A DNA stretch of 64,000 bases, from contig OZ281501.1 in NCBI GenBank assembly GCA_965637545.1, forward strand, positions 17,422,001-17,486,000. Direction: 5' to 3'. Source of the DNA: Phallusia mammillata (taxonomy: Eukaryota). A program made the translations under genes and the position numbers. Of this stretch, positions 56,893 to 64,000 are shown one piece after another; positions within the stretch are counted from its first letter, which is position 1, and the number at the start of each line of letters is the position of its first letter. The notes under the pieces are model-generated. The model was not told where the DNA came from. It was given only the letters and a program-made list of their open reading frames with translations, and did no database searches.

Positions 56893-57578
56893 GTCACTGA
56901 CTGCATACCACATACGGCAGTGCTTTGCAAACTTCAGTACAAGGTCGAAACGTCGGTTATTTTACAATAACAATCTACCAACGGGCAATAACCGCTAATA
57001 CAGTACGTATGCCGGGGATCACCAGCTTTTTATTGAGTAACGTACACAAATGTGTGACTACCTTGTCAACTTGTTTGGGTGCAAAACAAAACGAATTCGA
57101 TATGTAAATGCAATTCCAACGCCTTGTTTGAAAACTGATAAGATCATCTTCAGACGAAAATTACAGGATTATCTACTTTTCAACAATACGTTTGTGCTAT
57201 ACTGCCAAACTGTACTGTTTTCCGTCTGGATGTAGTATTTTGCCTAAAAACTTGCACCAATATGACCGAGTGGTTAGCGCAACTGTGTTTACAAACTCGT
57301 GGGTTTCAATCCTTTCTCGGTCATTTCTGTTTCCCTGGGCAAGCAACTATAAGCGCCAACCCAGCAAAACCCCATGTTTTAAACCAAATTGAAGCCAACT
57401 AGTTTCTAGTTAAAAAAATAAAATAAGAAATGATCCAACGAAATTGCAATGGAGTACACAGTTCGTCCCAAACGAAGTAAAGATACAGGCTTTGCCAGTC
57501 CATCAAGGATAAAAATGAAACAGATAAACAAGTGCCATGTAACAGATAAAAGTGCCAGTGACACATCCACCAGTTACA

Positions 57579-59268
57579 TCAATCTTCTGAGAGTTTACTA
57601 AAAAACGACTGCAGTTCTTGAAGGGCAAGGCCACGGTGTGAAATTTTGTTCTTTATCTCTAAATCCATTTCTGCATATCTGCAAGAGTGAATAACTGAAA
57701 ATACTTAACCGACAATCAAGATGCTTCAACATAAGTTGAACAAAACTAAAAGTATATTTGAAATTCCTTGGTAATTATGCAAAGGCCTCTGAACTTTAAA
57801 ATACTTATTTAAAACAAATAAACATTTTTAATTCCAATTGTCAGATTTTTTCATGTGTTTGCTGTTAGGGCATACACACAAGCTCAATAAGCACATATTT
57901 GCCAACTGTGAGCAATTTTAAAGTTCTGTTGTATTTTATTTAATGCTTAGCATTTCTTAGCAAGATTTCCTGTTTAAAACCAAAAATGTAAAAAACAAGC
58001 ATTTACACAAACGTTTTGCACAAACATTTACATCCTTTTGCTGTGCAAAAATCTTGGAAGAAAGTTGATGACTGCCATCAAATTTAACTGCTTACCTCAG
58101 TGTGTCATAAAATGCAAACTTACGTTGTGTCGTAGCCATTGGGCAGAAAACATGGATCCCAACCAAATGTTCTTGGACCTCTAGGAGGGACAATTGTACC
58201 CTGCATGAAAATTTAAGCATCAGGTCTGTGAAATTTTTTGTGAATTTCACCTCATAAATATTTACGTCACATTTTCCGCGAAATAAAATCACGTCATCTG
58301 AGTTGCCACTGCAATATGCAAAAGTACAAAGTGCATAGGCAGATTTATCTTCCCAACCATCCAGCATTTTGTATATTCCCTCTGGTCCCAACTTTGTCAG
58401 AAACCATTTGCTTCAAAAACAAAGTCAGTAAACTGTTTTTTTAATGTAAAGCATAGGAAATCCTCTTTTAAATGTAAACATGGACAAATTATCATGTTTT
58501 AATAAAAAACTACATTTGAAATAAATGTAAAACAAGACTATTACATCACTACTTTTACAACTGTACTAAAGTTTGTTCTTAGAAAATTTAAAACAAATAA
58601 ATAGCAAGTGCTGTGAGTCTGGAATAATAAACATAACCACATGCAACATATAACTAACATGTAGGGGCCAGGAAGGCCACCCATTGCATTAAAACATAAA
58701 CATGTATCCTCAATCAGCACTGGACCCTTCAGTTGTTTGGCAGCTTCTTTGCATTTAAACTTTGACACATCATCAGCTTCACCTTGATATTCTGGAACTG
58801 GAAATTTGAACAATATTTTCATTTCTAGCAGAACATTTTAGTTTCTTAGCAAGAGGTACAATAAAATTCAATTACAACATACTTTTCGGGAATTTATCAG
58901 AATAAAATTGATTGGTAAATTTGATATGACACATTAATAAATCGTATCATAATATTAAAAAGTTTTAATAAACACTTAAGGCAACATTTCATAATGACAT
59001 AATATAATGTAATTATGTATTAAATAGTGAACAACAGATTTAAAGATGTAAACTAAACTTCCTGGTTGTGTTTTAACAATTGCTTTTGATCATGGTAAAT
59101 AATACAGCCTGGTTTTTAGTTTTGTTCCATTGCTAGAGATTACAAAAATAAAAACTTACGATCAATTGACACACTTGTCACTTCAATTTTGTCATTTCCT
59201 CTTAAAATCGACGTCACTTCTTTGAGTTTATTTTTGTTTCCAGTTACAAACGTTATTGCTTTTTTCAT
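57579..59268 (-). CDS. ITPA: Inosine triphosphate pyrophosphatase; exons 59268-59160, 58797-58659, 58410-58266, 58200-58124, 57678-57579; 189 aa
   Basis: [58 protein letters not shown] and KNKISHR motifs; phases consistent. Confidence 0.97.
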
Positions 59269-59325
59269 TCTAAGTGCAATGGGTTTCTAACAACCGTTAC
59301 TTTAGCAAATCAACCTGATCAAATA

Positions 59326-59338
59326 TTTCCCGCCAAAA
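59326..59338. promoter_or_regulatory. E2F-type site upstream of ITPA
   Basis: TTTCCCGCCAAAA, about 60 bp from the ITPA ATG. Confidence 0.5.
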
Positions 59339-59559
59339 TTCCGTTGTCCTTTCTAAAGACACAATAAACTGCTCCTAAAAACATGTTCTAATTACTTATT
59401 TTCAAACAAAAACATATATGTTTGACAAAGTCAAAATTTATCCCAATTTCTGATTCTATCATCCACGTTCCCGATGAAACATATGCAGGGTAATCCCCTA
59501 AAGTGAAAAAGAAACCATTAATAAACATTACCCATGCAACAAATTAAAATGACAAAAGA

Positions 59560-59793
59560 CATGGTTGCCATACCGTCCTTATTTTTAACATTTACAAGTT
59601 AAAGGAGTTGCTGGAACAGATTCTTTCTGACAAAAACACGGCATGTGATATGTCATGGTGTAGCGAGGTCGCTACAATGGCTCATTTAAATTCAAAAAAT
59701 GTTTAAAAAAACGTTTTTTTTATTTCGTATGAACATTTAATTTTTCAGTTGTCCTTATTTTCGCGTCCATGTCGATGGCAATTGGCAACCCAG
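59560..59793. mobile_element. hAT-type MITE between CDC6 and ITPA
   Basis: CATGGTTGCCA...TGGCAACCCAG imperfect TIR, related to 48681-49055. Confidence 0.6.
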
Positions 59794-60087
59794 ACAATAG
59801 GATTGCACGCCCTCAAGTGACAATAGGACTGAACTCACTCAAAAATCTTTATGCAATGAGCTGGGCAGTTTATTTTCTTTCTAACGAACATCAATGCCTA
59901 AACGCTGGCACATAAAATAAAAACCAAAGCATAATAAAAAAAAGTTTAGTTGATCTTTTTCTAACATAACAACATAAAAATAAAAACACAGTGATTCACA
60001 TCACAACGCTAAAAGGCAGTAATAGCAATAAAACTGGTAATGGCAGTTTTTAAAAGTGGTATTTGCAATAAAACTATTTAATATGAT

Positions 60088-63000
60088 TAGAGGCCCAACT
60101 GCAAAATGGATGAGAGAAGAGCTTTCCCCTTCAGTGCAAATTCCACATCCTTTTCTTGCATATTTAGTTTCACCTACAACAAATAAATACGGATTAAGAC
60201 AAAGAATACTTTAATGCTATAATGTAGACCGGTTTCCTAAGCCTTCTAATACCATTATTTCACACTGGTTGGTTAAAATTAAAGCTAGAAACTTGCCAAA
60301 TCTTCCAAAAGTGCAGTAACACATAGGGTCAAAAAGCCCGGTTTTAAAAACACAAAATACATGCTACACTGTATTGCTCAAAGTTTGCTTACAGCAGAAT
60401 CAATAATATTAATTTTTTATGAGTTAGAGAAATTCATTTTACTTGCAACATGTTTTTTTTCTATATTGATTAACAAAAAAGTAAACATACACAAGCAAGT
60501 ACCTTTGATTGTCTAACTTGCTTAGCTTTGCGCGTACTAAGAATTCCTCTTGACTCAACCAATTCACAAAGTGACACAAACTCTGATTGTCCGACTGCAG
60601 GAACTTGTCGCTTTTTGCATATTGTTGTGTAGGATTCATGCAGCTGCAATTGGAAAAATATGTTAGATTGGAAAAGAGTTTGATTAACTCAGAAAAAAAA
60701 CACAGAGACAAACTTCCAACAACAAATGAAGCCAAAAGTAGGTGCAAAATGTTAAAATAATATCAAGTGCAATAAAACATAGCTAAGTGTGTTGCAGCTA
60801 CATGCAGGTTTTTTTTTAAGGTTTGGTGACCGCTAAGTAGTTTTAGTTTTAAGTAGTTTTAAGAGACCGCAAGTGTTTCATTTAAATACCAAAAAATAGC
60901 CATATTTGCTTAAACGAATTATTTATTAGGCTACTGGCAAATTTTGGGAAACCGCTGGAGAAATTTGGGAACCGTTTCGGTCCCCCAAAACACCAACAAG
61001 AACCTAGCAAAAAGATAGGTTTTGCATTATTTATATGCTTGGCTTATACTTTTTGATTGACATCCAAGCCATACACAAAAACACACAACTTTGAAATACT
61101 ATGAAGCACAAAATTGATAGATCATAGCTTCATGCATTACAAAAAAATAACAAGGGCAAAATGAAAGGAAAGTTTTGCATTATTTATTGGCTTTGGTTAT
61201 TGATTTTCTCCGAATATTGTACGATTGGTGTGATGTTTATTTTATGTCATATATCTATATTAAATATCAACAATACCTTTCCCATTGGGACTTCTTTGCA
61301 CTTGGAGGTCTTGCATAGCAGGAATAATGTACATACAACCAGCTTTTGTTGTAATGGAAAAGTGTCGTCATTGTCTTGTTCGCAGGAGGTTTTTTGCTGA
61401 CAAAGGTTGCTTGAATCGTAGACACCTTGCATAATGTTGGAGATTTGTTGCAATCCAACTTTTTGAGGGACAGAACCTATAAAGGGAAGACATAAAAATG
61501 AAAAAAATACATATGTAAAACAAGTGCTAGTTCTATTGGTGGAAAAGTAACCAATGACAACTAGTTTTTGGCATCAGAAAAAAAATTGTTAACTGATCAT
61601 ATTAATCCCCTTTTATTGTATTTGGAAATGTTGTGCTTGTGATATCAAATGCAATAAACACCGAAAAACATGAACTTACTGTTAGTGTCTGTTGATTTGT
61701 TTCTTGATGTTTCCACAACTTCGACAGCCCTGCGACAAACATCTAAAGCTTTTCGTGCGTCTCCAGTCATGGCTGCAACTTTCCTTGCACAAAATTGAAT
61801 TGCCATTGGATCGATGAGACTTGGATCTGACAGATTGTTTTTATTTTTAGCCTGCAAAATTATAACACAGAAAACATTTTATTTTTCACATTAAATGAGT
61901 TACAACTAGATTACGAACCTAATCAAAACATACTTGTGTATACAGAATACTTCTTAGTGCAAAGGTTTTAACAAACGCTGTTTCAATTATTTTGGCCTTT
62001 GTGTTTACCTGTTGTACTCTGGCTTGCAAAATCTTGACAAGTTGGTCTTTTGTGTACGGTTGAAAGTTCATAAGGTTAGGTTTGCAATCCGAGCGAGCTT
62101 GAAGCCTTAAAAAATTTATTGTTACAAAAGCACCACAAAAAAATCAATTTCTGTTTAGTTATTAAACAATGTTAACATTTTTAGAGAAAATGATTATTTT
62201 TGCTATTTGCCTTAGCAAAACTATTTGCCAACTTTTCATATTGTTTGGGATAAGTTGATCACTGACTTATTATAGTCTATGGACTAAAAAAAACTAAACC
62301 AAGGGCACAAGAAAACTATCAGCATAATGATAAACTGTAATCAATAAGCTAGATAGTACCTGGGCAGTATTCTGTCTGTCAAGTCAAGAGAGTTTGCAAT
62401 TCCGATCAAAATCATGCGAGAGTTTTTGAGACTTGACCATCCAAACATCGTGTACAACACTTCCTGGTGTTTGCTATCTAGCTGGTCCATCTCATCCAGA
62501 AACAAAAGTCTAAAATACCAAAATCGCATTTAAAACTTGTTGATTTTCTGAAGAGTTTTTTACAATTAATTGGAATTGTTAACCTACATCATTTCACCCG
62601 AAGATGTCAAATGATTTTCAATGTATTTCAGAGCAGATCTGGAGGTCTTCGATTGCCGACTTAAAGCACCAAGTTGTGAAGCAATGCACTGATAAATGGA
62701 AGCAGCTGACCGAATGGACATGCAATTGACGTTAATGATTTGTCCAACCATTGCTTTTACCTAAAAATACCAAAAATGTTGATTCTGCTTCCAGCTGATT
62801 TTAACAAGAAAATTATAGCTTATGTCAGTAGCCTACAACATTCCCATCTGTATATAACACAGACCCATTTTTTATACCTTCGTTTGCGATAAAATGTTCA
62901 GCATGCAAGCGCTTTTTCCAGTTCCTGGGGCACCAGAAATATACAAACTGCCAGCGGTTCGATTGTTAGCATGATCCGAAATAAAGTTTGTGATTTCACT

Positions 63001-64000
63001 AATTTCGCTTCCACGCCCAACAAGCGTTGCAGGGGCAGCATTATGCAGTGCATGCTTTATCTTGGAGAAGGAAGAATCTGTAAAAAATCATAAAACCTTC
63101 ACTGCTAACATGAATAGATAGTGGTATTTCAAGATATGCTTTTTGGAAATTATGTAACAAAACAAAGAAGTACGAATGATCTTAAGATTTTTTTGTGCAT
63201 TACGGTGCAACAAATTTAGTTGCAAACACAATATAACAGATAAAGACACCCATACAACAAGCAGTTATTTTTGTCATTTCAAATATACCTTTGTGTCCAT
63301 GCTTAATTGGTGATTTCACATTGACTTTGATCTCTTTGACAGGAACGTTATGATGTTGAGTTTCAATAAGAACCTTACGAGTAGATTGTTTTGAATCTGA
63401 AACTTCTTTTTTTCTTGGGCTAGAACATTTTTCACTGCCATCTGTTTTTCTGGATGGCACTTCTAGAGTTTTTAACTTATTAATCTTCTGTTTCTTAGTT
63501 GGTGATGGAGATGCGGTTTTGAGGCTAGCATCCAAAGATCTTTTGGGTGAAACTTGCTTCTTTGGAGATGAAGAGTTATCTTTTTGTGGTGAACTAAAAT
63601 TTAAAGTGTTGGAAACATCTCCCAGTGGTAGTTTAGTTGGGGACTTCTGTAATTGCGTACAGTAACCCGATGTTGGGATAGTCGACCCAGAGAGCGCAAG
63701 ATTCAAACGATTTTTAACAAACGCACTTTGAGCAGCCTCTACTTTTTTGCTCCTTGGTGAATTTAGAGTCAGCGAGCGCAAAGGTGAAAGCAAAATTCTG
63801 CAGTTCGAGACACTTGGTTTAATATTTTCCTTGCATCGCTTAACAGGCGACACCGGTGATAGCTTAAAAATTTCATCAAGGACATTGTCATCAATTAGGG
63901 AATGTCCTTCTAGTTCAGGCAGCTGTTGGCCAAGTAGGTTTAGACGCTTGCTTGCCGACTTCGTTAATGCTGCTTTTGAAACCCCAAGGCATTTCTTGGC
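60088..64000 (-). CDS. CDC6: Cell division control protein 6 (5' end lies beyond the window); exons >64000-63289, about 63078-62878, 62760-62588, 62510-62360, 62107-62009, 61854-61679, 61477-61273, 60643-60503, 60174-60088 (inner boundaries approximate)
   Basis: LVGRGSE, GSLYISGAPGTGKS (Walker A), INCMS, LFLDEMDQL (Walker B), LIGIANSLDLTDRILPRL, FQPYTKDQL, GDARKALDVCRRAVE and PLQQKLVVC; winged-helix SEFVSLCELVESRGI. Confidence 0.97.

Noticed and set aside
1-64000. Prokaryotic operon or defence island (e.g. Thoeris) suggested by the TIR domains
   Set aside because: All genes, including the TIR gene, have spliceosomal introns and the neighbours are eukaryotic (RXR, CDC6, LC3).

Overview
AT-rich, intron-containing eukaryotic genomic DNA. 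An ascidian tunicate is inferred from the RXR sequence, the short introns and the dense MITE/SINE content; the species cannot be determined here. Genes were reconstructed by hand from GT-AG splice sites with consistent reading phase. Left to right: (1) a tandemly duplicated 3-exon gene for a small secreted peptide precursor, (2) MAP1LC3C/ATG8-like (+), (3) COASY (+), (4) an intact 16-exon, about 855-aa gene (-) with an unusual architecture: MGSSSS N-terminus, coiled coil, Tudor-like module, TIR, TIR, Tudor-like module, with both TIR domains keeping the predicted NADase glutamate, (5) RXR (+), (6) a BC-box/LRR orphan gene (+), (7) a CHPT1/CEPT1-family gene with an altered catalytic motif (+), (8) ITPA (-) and (9) the 3' part of CDC6 (-). 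Introns and spacers carry many hAT-type MITEs (8-bp TSDs), Tc1/pogo-type MITEs (TA TSDs), tRNA-derived SINE fragments and a Helentron/HINE-like element. There is no rRNA, bona fide tRNA or CRISPR array. The best candidate for an undescribed system is the Tudor-TIR-TIR-Tudor protein at 16439-29272, followed by the duplicated peptide-precursor gene at the left edge. No database searches were run; family calls rest on motif recognition.
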